A stretch of DNA of 64,000 bases from Candidatus Marinacidobacterales bacterium (GTDB taxonomy: Bacteria > Acidobacteriota > Vicinamibacteria > Marinacidobacterales > SMYC01): positions 4,032,001-4,096,000 of the forward strand of contig OZ250169.1 of the NCBI GenBank assembly GCA_965237955.1, written 5' to 3'. Every line of letters starts with the position of its first letter. Within the stretch, counting starts at the first letter, position 1. The position numbers and the translations under genes were made by a program. Below, in pieces: positions 18,830 to 29,774 of this stretch. The notes under the pieces were generated by a model. The model saw only the letters and a program-made list of their open reading frames with translations. It had not been told where the DNA came from and searched no databases.

Positions 18830-20138
18830 TCAGAACCTGTAGACGATCGAGACCGACAACAGATCCGCCGTGTCCGACAGATCGAACCCGACGTCGAACT
18901 GGACGTGGTTGAATACGACGCCCACTCCCGCAGCAATATGGATGTCGTCAGCTCCTCCGTCGAAGACGGCACGCTCGAACAGATCGGCATCTGGACCAGA
19001 ATCGAGGCCATGAGCCGGGTCACGCCAACGCACCGAAACGGAGCGCGAACACCTGCTGGGCCGCTTGAAACACATACTCCGTTCCGAAGTGAAGCTCGTC
19101 CCCATCGGACAGCTCGATTTGACCGGGATCGAAGACGTTGGTGTCGAGGCTCTCGGTGATTGACGAGTACCGGACTCGGTCCCACTCGAAGCTGAACGTC
19201 AAAGCTCCGTCTAGCATACGGAACGCGGCGCCGAGACCGTAAACGGAGGGCAAGCGGAGGGGAGTGGTGACGTCCAGCTCCACCGTACCTTCCAGAGCTT
19301 CATCGTTGGCCGGACCCACAATCTCGGTTACCTCCACCGTCAACTCCGGTCCCTCGCGAAAGTATCCGCCGAACGACCATTGAGGGTTGGGGCGCCACGA
19401 GAATCCCCCGTGGAATGTGAACCCTGAGTCGCTTCCACCGAGCGTATAGCTCGTGTCGAGCAGCTCGGGGTCGCGCGGGTTGGACGCAAAGAAATCTTCG
19501 TCTTCGACAGCGAACTCTTGCGACCGCGAGTCCATTCGCGCCTGAAAGTAGACGAGGCCGCCACCGACACTCAGGCCGTCGGTGAGCTCGTAGGCTCCGA
19601 CGAAGCCGTTGTTGGTAACGTCGAGGTCGGTCGTGGCAAGAATGTCCTCGGAGCGCTCGAGCTCACCGTCGATGACGCCGAAAAGACTATCGATCTGTCG
19701 CGACACCGCGAAGTTGGCCCATCGATGCCGGTACACCGCAACCGACCAGCCGTCGCCCAGGTAGACGAATGATAAGTAGGAGAGTCCGTTGACCGTGCTC
19801 GAGGACACGCCGTAGCGGAGTCCGCCGGCGGTATCGATACCGATCCCTGTCGGAGTCCCCGACGTACGTCCTCCCGCGACGAACGGGATGTCATACGACC
19901 ACGAGCGTCCTTCGAGCGAGACTTCGGGCTCGATGAGATGGACCAAGCCGGCCGGATTGGCGAAGGCTGCCGTCGCATCGTCTGCCAATGCGGCGAAAGC
20001 GCCGCCCAAACCCATGCTCCGCGCCCCTGGATTCGAGAAGCTGAACTCGAACGTGACAGGTCCTTCCTGGCTGGTCGCCGGAACAGCAAGTAACAGCACG
20101 CACGCCAGCAGACAGAGAGAACAGCCAGTTCTTCTCAT
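18830..20138 (-). CDS. FadL/OmpP1-like outer-membrane beta-barrel; frameshift near 19030
   Basis: Signal peptide; NPGARSMGLGGAFAALADDATAAFANPAGL is the FadL N-terminal motif. The C-terminal part (ORF 18830-19105) ends SIVYRF with a terminal Phe. Confidence 0.85.
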
Positions 20139-20236
20139 GGAACCGCCTCCTCGGGCCCGCACACGCGGAAGCGCGTGTTCGGGATGCTTTAGTTTTTCGG
20201 GTAAGTTCTTATTATCGGATATGGCGGCGAGGACGT

Positions 20237-20725
20237 CTAGAGGTCCGAGGGGGGCTGGCGTCGCCGGATCCCCATCAGCCGGCCCACTTCTTTGGGCCGG
20301 TCCAGGTGGCGGTGTTCCTCGAACACTTTCGCCAGAGCTTGGTGCACCACCGGCGGCATTCGAGTCGAACGCCGGATGCGCATGTCGATGAAAATCGATA
20401 AATGCTCGCACGTCGCCGCGAGGTAGTCCTTTTCGACGTGGTGCATGCGCTGGAAGTAGTGCATTCGCTTCTCGTCGAAATCCAGAAACTGCAAGTCGAT
20501 TCGGATTGGGTCGCCTTCTTCGAGCTCGCGCTGATACGTCAGACGATCTTCGAGCGCGAACATCGAGCCGGACTCACGGGCAACGTAGTCTTCTCCGAGG
20601 CCAATATTCGCAAGAACCCGATCCGTCGCCTGATCGAACGCCATGTGGTAGTACGCCACGTTCATGTGGCCGTTGTAGTCGACCCAATCCGGCTCGACCC
20701 GTCCCGTCCACAGGTCCATCACCAT
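20237..20725 (-). CDS. Thioesterase (4HBT / hotdog fold)
   Basis: WVDYNGHMNVAYY motif. Confidence 0.88.
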   Translation of the reverse strand: MVMDLWTGRVEPDWVDYNGHMNVAYYHMAFDQATDRVLANIGLGEDYVARESGSMFALEDRLTYQRELEEGDPIRIDLQFLDFDEKRMHYFQRMHHVEKDYLAATCEHLSIFIDMRIRRSTRMPPVVHQALAKVFEEHRHLDRPKEVGRLMGIRRRQPPSDL

Positions 20726-20902
20726 GCCGACGATTTTACCTGCCCTTCAACCGTGATACATAGGCAACAATAGAACACTCCCTCCGGTTGACTAGGACCC
20801 GCACGGGCCTTATCTTGGATCCAGTTCATCTCGAAAACGTTCTTATCACGGACGGCGCCGCCCCGGTGGCGTCTCGCATGGCTCTTATCTTCCCGTTGAG
20901 AC

Positions 20903-23900
20903 ATGAGAATCAGACGGAGATCCGTGCGCGCGCTTGCCGCCATCGTGGTGTTACACGTCGGGGTGGTAGCGACGAGCTACGCCCAAATCGTCGAGCTCAT
21001 GTCGAAAGCGGATTCCGGGACGATATCCGAGACCCCGGGAGGCAATAGCTCCCCGCACGGGATCAGCGCCGACGGACGCTACCTGGTCTTCGAAAGCGAC
21101 GCCGTCAACCTCGTGCCAGGCCAAATCGACTCGAACTTCGGACCTGATGTTTTCCTCTATGACCGCATCACCGGAGGGACGACTCTCGTGAGTCAACACT
21201 ACGGGCAACGACACGTCGGCGCTCGCCAGCATCAGCGCCGACGGGGCGTTCGTCCTGTTCCAGAGCGACGCGGACGATCTCGTCACCGGTATGGTGGACA
21301 CCAACGGCGCGTCCGATATGTTCTTGTTCGAGCGCGCCACGGGGATGGTCACGCTCCTGAGCCACCGGGCGGGCTCTCCACTGACCACGGGCGACGCCAG
21401 TTCCAATTTCCCTCTGTTCCCTCCGGCGCTCACGTCTCTTTTGAGCGCCGATGGAAGCTACGCGGTGTTCGTCAGCTGGGCAACGGATCTCGTCGCGGGA
21501 CAAATCGACGTGAACGGAGGCACCGACGTCTTCGTCTTCGAGCGAGCCACCGGCATGATTAGCCTCGTGAGTCACGTGCCCGCATCGCTCACGACGACAT
21601 CCGATGGGGGCTCCTACAGTCCTCGCATCAGCGCGGATGGAGCATACGTTGCGTTCACGAGCTCGGGTTTCGACCTCGTCCCGGGTCAGGTCGACCTCGT
21701 GATCGATGACGTCTTTCTCTACGAACGCGCGAGCGGACTCGTCACCCTCGTGAGCCACATTCCGGCCAGTCCAGTGACAACGGCCGACGGCGATTCGTTC
21801 GGCGCTCACATAACCGCCGACGGTTCGTTGGTCGTTTTCATCAGCTTCGGCAACGATCTCGTGGCGGGCCAGACCGATTTCAACTTCGGTGAGGACGTCT
21901 TCCTGTTCGAGCGCGCGACGGGAACGGTGACGCTCGTGAGTCATGTTCCGGCAGACAACACCCAGACCGGAGACAGCTTCTCGGGGTTCAACGCCTATCC
22001 GCGTGGACTCGCGATCAGCCCCGGCGGTGACTTCGTTGGATTCCTGAGCCGGGCGAACGATTTGGTCGTCGGCCAAATCGACGCCAACGGACAAAACGAC
22101 GTGTTCCGCTACGAGCGTGCGAGCGGAACGATCGAGCTCGTAAGCGCCATCCCTGGGACGACGACGGACACGTCGTTTTTCGAGTCGTTCGAGCTTTCGA
22201 TGAGCGACGACGGGGAACGCATCGCGTTTGTCAGCGTGGGCGACGATCTCGTGGCGGGCCAAGTCGACACCAACGCTGTGAACGACGTCTTCTTGCGAGA
22301 TCGTGCGGAACCACGACGCTAGTGAGCCACACGATAGGCGCCGCGACCGCGGCGGCCGACAACATCTCGGAAAAAGCGCTCATGAGCGCCGCCGGCGCCT
22401 ACATTACTTATGGGAGCAATGCATCGGACCTCGTCAGCGGGCTCGCCGATTCGAACAATCGCCCCGACGTCTTTGTCCATGAAACAGCATCCGGGAACAA
22501 CGACATCGTGTCTCGCATCGACGTCGGCTCTCCCTCCGGAAGCGCAAACGGGGGAAGCTCCACCGATCCCGGCCGGGACTGGATGAGCGCAGACGGCAGG
22601 TACTCTCTGTTCGTGAGCGCCGCCACGAACCTCGTCGCCGGACAAGTGGACACCAATAATGCGAGCGACTTGTTTCTCTACGTTCGGCTCACCCAGGCCG
22701 TCACCTTGGTCAGTCACGCCGCCGGGGCACCCAACGTCACCGGCGATCGCTTCTCCGACCTCGCCAACGTGAGCGACGACGGGAATTGGGTCGTCTTTCG
22801 AAGCGGCGCGACGAACCTCGTCCCCGGACAGATCGAGGGGAATACGTCGTCGGATGCGTTCCTGTTCGAGCGCGCGACGGGCAACATCACCCTCTTGAGC
22901 CATCCCCCGGGACTGCCGACCACGACCGGCAACCTCGGTTCCGGCGTCCCGTCGGTCAGCGCCGACGGGACGTGGGTGTCGTTCTCGAGCTTCGCGTCGG
23001 ATCTCATCCCCGCCGACACCAACGGCACCAACGACGTGTTCTTGTTCCAAAGAGCGACCGGCAACGTGACCCTCGTGAGTCATATTCAGGGAGCGCCGGG
23101 AACGCCCGCGAACAACTTCTCGAGTGACAACCACATCAGCAAGGACGGAAATTGGGTTACGTTCGAAAGCCGCTCGACCAATATCGTCACCGGCCAGATC
23201 GATACCAACGGGGGCGACGACGCCTTCCTGTTCCACCGACCCACCGGTGTCGTCTCGCTCGTGAGTCGCGCCGCGGGCACGGTGACGACGACCGGAAACG
23301 GAATTTCGTCAAGGCCCAGGATCAGCTTCGATGGATCCTTCGTCGAATTCAGAAGCGCGGCGACGAACGTCGTTGTCGGGCAAGTGGACACGAACGGAGC
23401 GGACGACCTCTTTGTGTTCGACCGGGGTCTCGCGACGACGAGCATCATCAGCCACCAGGTGGGGGCCGCGACAACGACAGGAAGCTTCGACTCGCTCTTT
23501 TTCGCGATGAGCGACGACGCTTCGTACATTGCGTTCACGAGCCGCGCGACCGACCTCGTCGCCGGGCAGGTGTCGGTTTTTGGCGACGACATTTTTGTTT
23601 ACGAGCGGGCGACGGGTCTGAACACCCTCGTCAGCCACGAAGCGGGCACCCCGGCGACCGAGGGAAACCAAGCGTCCGACACATCCGTCATCAGCGGCGA
23701 TGGGAACTGGATCGCGTTTAGAAGCTCGGCGACCAACCTCGCTTTCGGACAGATGGATACCAACAATTCCCCAGACGCATTTCTGCACGATCGCGTTGCG
23801 GGAACGACAAGTGTCGTGAGCTTGAAGGCCGCCACCACGGCCACGACGGGGAACAAGTTCGCCGACGGCACGGTGCTCGGCGGTAACGGCGACTACGTGG

Positions 23901-26128
23901 CGTTTCGCTCGCAGGCCACCGACCTCGTGCCCGATGATTTCAACGGGAACAACGACGCATTTCTCTATAGGCGCACGACGCAAGCATCGGATCTCACGGT
24001 GATCAAAGACGACGGTCAAACGACCGCGGTACCGGGTGAGCCGATCGCGTATCTCATCACCGTGACCAACAACGGACCGGCCGCTCTGACGAGCCTTACT
24101 CTTACCGACACCGTGCCACCGGAAATCCTCACGCCGGTGTTCACTCCCTCAGCCGGCGTTTATGACAGCGGGACCGGTGCTTGGACCGGCATCACTCTGC
24201 CTCCCGCCGGATCGATCACCATGACCCTCGCCGGCACCGTCGACCCGGCGGCGCGGGGAACGCTGGCAAACTCGGTCACGGTAGCGCCGCCCCCGCCCAT
24301 CGTCGATCCGTTGCCAGGCAACAACGTCGCCGTCGACTCGGACGTCCTGACGCCGGAAGCGGACATGGAGATCACGAAGACCGACAGTCCCGATCCGGTC
24401 ACCTCCGGCTCCACGCTGACGTACACGTTGACGGTGGTCAACAACGGTCCTTCGGAAGCGACCGGCATCGTCGTCACCGACGCGCTCCCGCCGGTGACGT
24501 TTCTCTCCTCGGTCCCGGGCGCTCCGACGTGCAACTACGCGGCGGGAACGGTGACGTGCAATATGGGGAGTCTCCCGCCGACGTGGAGCACGATCGTCAC
24601 CATCGACGTCCTCGCGAATTTCGCCGGCCTATCGAACGCGGCCAACGTGACCGCGGTCGAGACCGACCCTGACACAAGCAACAACATCGACAGCGAGGGC
24701 ACCGTCGTCAACATCCCGAGCGACGCGGTGCGTTTCTTCACCGCGAAAGCGACCACGGGTCAGAACCGGCTCGAGTGGTTGAACCCCACGCCGGTTGATT
24801 ACGTCGCGACCCACATCGTGGCGAACACGACACGCTTTCCTGCAAACGAGACCGACGGCACCGTGATCGTCAACGGCGGTACCGCGGGCGCGAAGGAGAT
24901 CTTCGATCACACGGGGCTCATCGACAACACCGTGTACTACTACGGAGCGTTCGTGGAGCGTCTTTCCGTCTTCACCGCCGGCAAGTTCACCAGCGGACGA
25001 CCGTTCGACGACTCGGGACCGGTCAAGTGGGCGTTCACGACCGGAGCTGCGTCGATGGCGCCGCCGAGCCTCGGGTCTGTTTACGCCGCTTCGAACGATC
25101 GCGTTTTGTACTCGATGACGCCCGGACCCACCGGAGGCGACTGGCCCATCGGGTGGACGCCGTTCGAAGCGCCCGAGCCGGCTCAGTCTCGCGCGCCGGT
25201 CGTACCCGTCACCGTTGGCGGTGCGAGCAAGGTCGTATTCCTCGGCGCGCAAGACGGGCAGGTGTATGCTGTCGACGCCGATACCGGCACCCTCGTGTGG
25301 CCGAGCCCGATGCTCGGCGATCGCGTCCAAGCCGCACCGGCCGGGATGTTCACCACGTTCGGTGGAGCCTATGATCTCATCCTCGTCGGAAGCCGGAACT
25401 CGTCGACCGACAACATCTTTTATGGTCTCGGCCTCGGCACTGGGTCGGTCTCGTGGATGTTCGACAACCTCAGCGGCACCGGCGGGATCGGCATCATCAG
25501 CGGAGGGGCCTCGGTCGACTACGCGAACGATCGTGTCTATTTCGCCAGTCGCAATCGAGGCGGTGGAAGTCCGAGCACGCTCTGGTGTCTCGATTTCGAT
25601 GGCGCGAGCGCGACACTCCGATGGGAGCGCGACCTCGGCAATATCGACGGAAGCCCTATCCTGATCGGCGGGAAAATCTATGTCGGCACGAATGCCAGCG
25701 AAGTACACGCTCTCGATGCCGACGACGGCAGCGACCTTTGGGGTGCTCCGTACGATGCCGGTGACGGTCCGATCAAGAGCTTTATCTGGCCCATATGGGG
25801 GGACAACGAGCTCTTTTTCTCCACGACGAACAACGTGTGGTCGATTGCCGATGATGGAACCGACGCATCGCTCAACTGGCAGGAAGGCTCCATACCTTCC
25901 CCGTCGACGCCGCTCTTTTTCCAAGGCGTCGACCTTCTGTTCGTCGGCTCGAGCGACGGCCAACTGTATCAACTCGATGTCTCGGGGCCGACGCCGATGA
26001 TTACCTCGGTGGCGCTAGGAGACGGCGGCGGAGCGGGCGGAAGCCCATCTCTCGACGGCGCACGCAATATCGTCTACATCGGAACCGACGCCGGCATTCT
26101 CTACGCGGTCGAAATCCCACTACCCTGA
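20903..26128 (+). CDS. Giant secreted repeat protein: 16 TolB/PD40-like blades, 2x DUF11, FN3-like domain, PQQ-type propeller; frameshifts near 21195 and 22310
   Basis: Signal peptide; 16 repeats of S.DG..V.F.S.A..LV.GQ.D.N...D.F...R; DUF11 motifs DLTVIKDD and DMEITKTDSPDPV..LTYTLTVVNNGP; DGQVYAVDADTG-type repeats. The three ORFs join by frameshifts. Confidence 0.8.
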
Positions 26129-26183
26129 TCCAAAGTGTCCGTTTCAACCCGAGTTTCAATACGCTATAGTCGGGCTTCATCGA

Positions 26184-27197
26184 ATGAGCATCACGATTCT
26201 CGTCACAGGCGGCGCGGGCTTCATCGGCAGCAACTTCATCCATTATCTCGTCGCAGCGCATCCGGACTGGGATGTCATCAACCTCGACAAGCTCACCTAC
26301 GCGGGAAATCTCGAAAATTTGACGGAGGTGGAAGATCGAGCGGGCTACCACTTCGTGCACGGTGATATCTGCGACCGCGAAACCGTGGCGCCCTTGGTAG
26401 CGGAATCCGACTACATCGTGAACTTCGCTGCGGAGACCCACGTCGATCGCTCCATCCACGATCCGGGTGATTTCATTCTCACGGATGTGTTCGGCACCCA
26501 CGTGCTTCTCGAGGCGTTCCGATCCGCCGAGAGACCAAAACGCTTCGTCCAAATCTCGACGGACGAAGTCTACGGCGCTATTGAAACCGGCTCCGCCAAG
26601 GAGACGGACCCTATCGCGCCTCGAAACCCTTACTCGGCGAGCAAGGCTGGCGCGGACCGGCTCGCCTATTCGTATTTCGTCACTTACGATGTTCCGGTCA
26701 TCGTGACCCGCGCTTCGAACAACTACGGTCCACGTCAATACCCCGAGAAAGTCATACCGCTGTTCGTGACCAACTCGCTCGAAGACCGCCCGCTGCCCCT
26801 CTATGGCGATGGCCTTCAAGTCCGCGACTGGCTGCACGTGGACGACCACGCGCGGGCCATCGATCGGATCCTCGACAAGGGTGTCGATGGCGAAAGCTAC
26901 AACATCGGGGGCGGCCACGAGCTCACGAACCTCGAGCTCACGAAAAAAGTCCTCGCAATTCTCGACAAGCCCGAAAGCCTCATCGAGAAAGTCAAGGATC
27001 GACCGGGTCACGATCGACGCTATAGCCTCGACACCGAAAAGCTCCGTGGGCTCGGATGGAAACCGGAGGTCGAGTTCGATGAAGGTTTGGCGGCGACGGT
27101 TCAATGGTATCGGGATCATCCCGAATGGTGGCAACGCATCAAGCGCGGAAGTGCGGAGTATCGCGACTTCCACAAGAAGCAGTATGGCAATTCATAA
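26184..27197 (+). CDS. rfbB: dTDP-glucose 4,6-dehydratase
   Basis: VTGGAGFIGSNF, DKLTYAGN, AAETHVDRSI, STDEVYG, PYSASKA, NNYGPRQYPEK and DRPGHDRRY motifs. Confidence 0.96.
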   Translation: MSITILVTGGAGFIGSNFIHYLVAAHPDWDVINLDKLTYAGNLENLTEVEDRAGYHFVHGDICDRETVAPLVAESDYIVNFAAETHVDRSIHDPGDFILTDVFGTHVLLEAFRSAERPKRFVQISTDEVYGAIETGSAKETDPIAPRNPYSASKAGADRLAYSYFVTYDVPVIVTRASNNYGPRQYPEKVIPLFVTNSLEDRPLPLYGDGLQVRDWLHVDDHARAIDRILDKGVDGESYNIGGGHELTNLELTKKVLAILDKPESLIEKVKDRPGHDRRYSLDTEKLRGLGWKPEVEFDEGLAATVQWYRDHPEWWQRIKRGSAEYRDFHKKQYGNS

Positions 27198-27317
27198 ATC
27201 TTTGGCGATCGCGCTCGTGGCGGCTTGCGCTTTGAGCTTCGCGTGCTCGAAGAGTGATCGATGATGTCGTGCGTCTCGTGGTGCAGGAGCTGACGCGCGA
27301 GAAACTCGTGAGGTAGG
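27184..27317 (+). pseudogene. Truncated lipoprotein remnant
   Basis: MAIHKSLAIALVAACALSFAC lipoprotein signal overlapping the rfbB stop, followed by an early stop. Confidence 0.4.
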
Positions 27318-27319
27318 CG

Positions 27320-28216
27320 CTACCAGCGCAAGGTGTTCGCCAGGAGCTCACCGCCGTCCAACTTGAGCGTCGCGGTGACGACGACCGGGCCGTCCTCGTG
27401 CGCCGGGGTCCACCGTCCCGACATCTGATAGAGCACGGCGCGCGCGCGCGCGTCGATGCGGCCGACACCGAGGGGTACGACACCGCCGGTGTTCTTTCCT
27501 CCGAACGACCAGTCCAAGCGCAACGTGTCGGGGTCGAGCGGTTGGTTGCTCCGGTTCACCAGCCGCACCGCCAGCCGGTAGCGATCGCCGAGCTGCACTT
27601 CTCTGGGGCTGAGCTCGATGAGGAGATGCGCGGGGTTCCCCCGAAGGGCGTGCGCTGGGTATACATCTTCGTCTCCTTTGATGAACCCTTTGATCTCGCC
27701 GGGTTGGCGGCGGGGGTCGACAAAGCTGGTCTCGCCGAGGCTGAACCTCTCGGCGGTTCCCGTTGGCTCGCTCACCAGCACCTCTCGTTCTTGCAAGGCC
27801 CGCAGGAGGTCGACGCGCTGGCCCGCAAGCTCAGTCCAGAGCGCCTCGTTCGCTTCGCGGAGAGCCGTCAGCTCTTGGCGCGGATCACGAATGGATGCGA
27901 TTTTCCGATGGGCCTCTTGGATCGCGACCAGGTCGGCGCTGGCTGCTTTTCGAATCGCCGCGAGCTCCCGCTCCTGCCGAGCGAGGTCCAGCGAGAGCGC
28001 TTTGCTCCGTGTGCGAGACTCGACATCCAAAGCGCCGATATCCGCCCGAGCTTCCCATACCTGGCCTCCGAGGCGCAGGCCGTAGGAGGCGACCAGGCCA
28101 ACCGAAACGAGCGTACCCAGACCGATCACGGCCAGGGCCGTTGTCAAATAGACCTGGTTGCGGCGTAGCTGGCTGCGCAGCTCCGAAATTTCCAGCCGCA
28201 GATCTCGAGGCTCCAA
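27320..28216 (-). CDS. Hypothetical membrane-anchored coiled-coil protein with C-terminal beta-rich domain
   Basis: RBS AGGAG with TTG start; TM helix, heptad-rich region and beta-strand-rich C-terminus. Confidence 0.6.
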   Translation of the reverse strand: MEPRDLRLEISELRSQLRRNQVYLTTALAVIGLGTLVSVGLVASYGLRLGGQVWEARADIGALDVESRTRSKALSLDLARQERELAAIRKAASADLVAIQEAHRKIASIRDPRQELTALREANEALWTELAGQRVDLLRALQEREVLVSEPTGTAERFSLGETSFVDPRRQPGEIKGFIKGDEDVYPAHALRGNPAHLLIELSPREVQLGDRYRLAVRLVNRSNQPLDPDTLRLDWSFGGKNTGGVVPLGVGRIDARARAVLYQMSGRWTPAHEDGPVVVTATLKLDGGELLANTLRW

Positions 28217-28772
28217 CGGGGAACACTCCTATTCCATTGTGTGGGGGGATATCTCCTTTAATTGTCAGGTATGGACCGCGCTCTTGCAAGCAACAACACC
28301 AAACCCACACCACCCACGAGACCCCACGCCCACGGAGAGCCCCGATGAGAGCGAATATGAGCGTGAAGATGAACCCTAGTGCCAGGAAAGCGCCCGCGAT
28401 GGACACGATCCAACGTCCAATGGGGGCGAGCGGTTCGCGCCTCGGATGGACGCGAAGTCGCTCTCGGCGATGTGTACGTCCATCGACCGAGCGCGTCTTC
28501 TCAACGTCGGCCTCGGTTAAGCCTGTTCTTTTGCAGGTGAACGACGACATGGCGGGCAGGAGGCGACGTCGATTTTCCGCGGTTTCTGGTTGGATCGGCC
28601 ACGCGGCACCACTCTGGGTGTCGGCCGCCACTCCCGCGCGATGGGGGTTCGTGCTCATCCTCGCTGCTCTTCTGTTTCCTGCCCCTTCCCGCAAAGCTCG
28701 ACTGTGATTCGCCTTCTCAAATGCTCGAGGTCTATGGAGGAGCCGCTCGCCCCCTTCAAGCGGAATTGGTGT

Positions 28773-28897
28773 CTTGATTCTTGGGTTTCAAGAAGTAAAG
28801 GAAAGCTCTCTGGAATTGTTGTCCGCCTGGTTTTCTAAAACGAATCGATAGGCTCCAGGGCAGCTGTCTTTACTTTTTGTCTTCTTTCTTTCTTTGA
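28773..28897 (+). repeat. Copy 1 of a ~125-bp duplicated AT-rich promoter/operator unit
   Basis: CTTGATT..CAAGAAGTAAAGGAAA..TAAAACG-AATCGA.AGGC.CCAGGGCAGC..TCTTTACTT..T.TCTTCTTT blocks are shared with 28952-29077. Confidence 0.8.
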
Positions 28898-28951
28898 ACA
28901 GGTGAGAACGTGCCGGAATCTCATCGAGAGATCAAGTGACCTCCTTGGTGA

Positions 28952-29077
28952 CTTGATTTTTGACTTCCAAGAAGTAAAGGAAACCTTTATAATGTTCCCA
29001 ACGCCTCCCTAGTTTAAAACGGAATCGACAGGCCCCAGGGCAGCCATCTTTACTTGTTATCTTCTTTACTTTTTTGA
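28952..29077 (+). promoter_or_regulatory. Copy 2: promoter/operator of the TA operon
   Basis: TATAAT near 28988; AAGTAAAG and two CTTTACTT inverted boxes; ends just before RBS AAGGAGG. Confidence 0.7.
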
Positions 29078-29094
29078 CGAGGCAAGGAGGTGCC

Positions 29095-29319
29095 ATGAAA
29101 GTGAGTAGGATTTCATCAAAAGGTCAAGTGACCATTCCCAAAGCGATTCGGGAAAGCCTTGGGGTCAGACCAGGCGATCTGATTGCGTACGAGGTTCAGG
29201 ACGACGGTGTTGCGCTCCGACCGGTGGAGGCGATGAACGAGGCGTTCCACGACTACCTTTCGCTCACGCTGGACGAGTGGGACACCCCGATCGATGACGA
29301 GGCCTTCCATGGTCTGTGA
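29095..29319 (+). CDS. AbrB/MazE/SpoVT family antitoxin
   Basis: SRISSKGQVTIPKAIRESLGVRPGDLI motif; acidic C-terminus. Confidence 0.92.
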   Translation: MKVSRISSKGQVTIPKAIRESLGVRPGDLIAYEVQDDGVALRPVEAMNEAFHDYLSLTLDEWDTPIDDEAFHGL

Positions 29320-29698
29320 ACGGGGCGATGTCGTTGTCATACCGTTCCCCTTCGCTGCCGGGGTCAAAGGCAAGAGGCGCCCCGCTCTAGTGATCAGCAC
29401 AAAGACCTTCAACGAGTTTGGATACACCATCTTGTCGATGATAACGACTCGGGGTCACCGGCCCTGGCCCGGCGACATCCTGCTCAAGGACTACCCGGAA
29501 GCCGGCTTTGGGGCCTCATGCCTCGTTCGGCTCAAGTTCTTTACGCTGGAGAACCGGTTTATCATGGACAGGATTGGGCGACTATCGTCCTCCGATCAGG
29601 AAAAGCTGGACGCCTCCTCTCGTCTTTACATCGCCAGTGGCTTCCTTCACGACGTGGATTTTCTCGTCGCAGAGCACGATCACCAGCCGGAAGTCTAG
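29309..29698 (+). CDS. PemK/MazF family toxin
   Basis: RGDVVVIPFPF...KRRPALVIS...MITT motif; overlaps the antitoxin stop. Confidence 0.9.
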   Translation: MVCERGDVVVIPFPFAAGVKGKRRPALVISTKTFNEFGYTILSMITTRGHRPWPGDILLKDYPEAGFGASCLVRLKFFTLENRFIMDRIGRLSSSDQEKLDASSRLYIASGFLHDVDFLVAEHDHQPEV

Positions 29699-29774
29699 AG
29701 GCTCCGTTCCGCCCAGCCCCGAGTGTCAGAATGGTCCTCTTTCGTGAGGTGAGCGGGCTGATTCGGATGAAGCT

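Noticed and set aside
20990-23970. DNA repeat array or DGR template/variable pair
   Set aside because: These are diverged protein blade repeats, with no near-identical pair differing only at adenines and no reverse transcriptase.
27885-28694. 269-aa minus-strand ORF
   Set aside because: It overlaps the 27320-28216 gene and is mostly low-complexity. Only a short TM segment near 28290-28420 looks coding, too weak to call.
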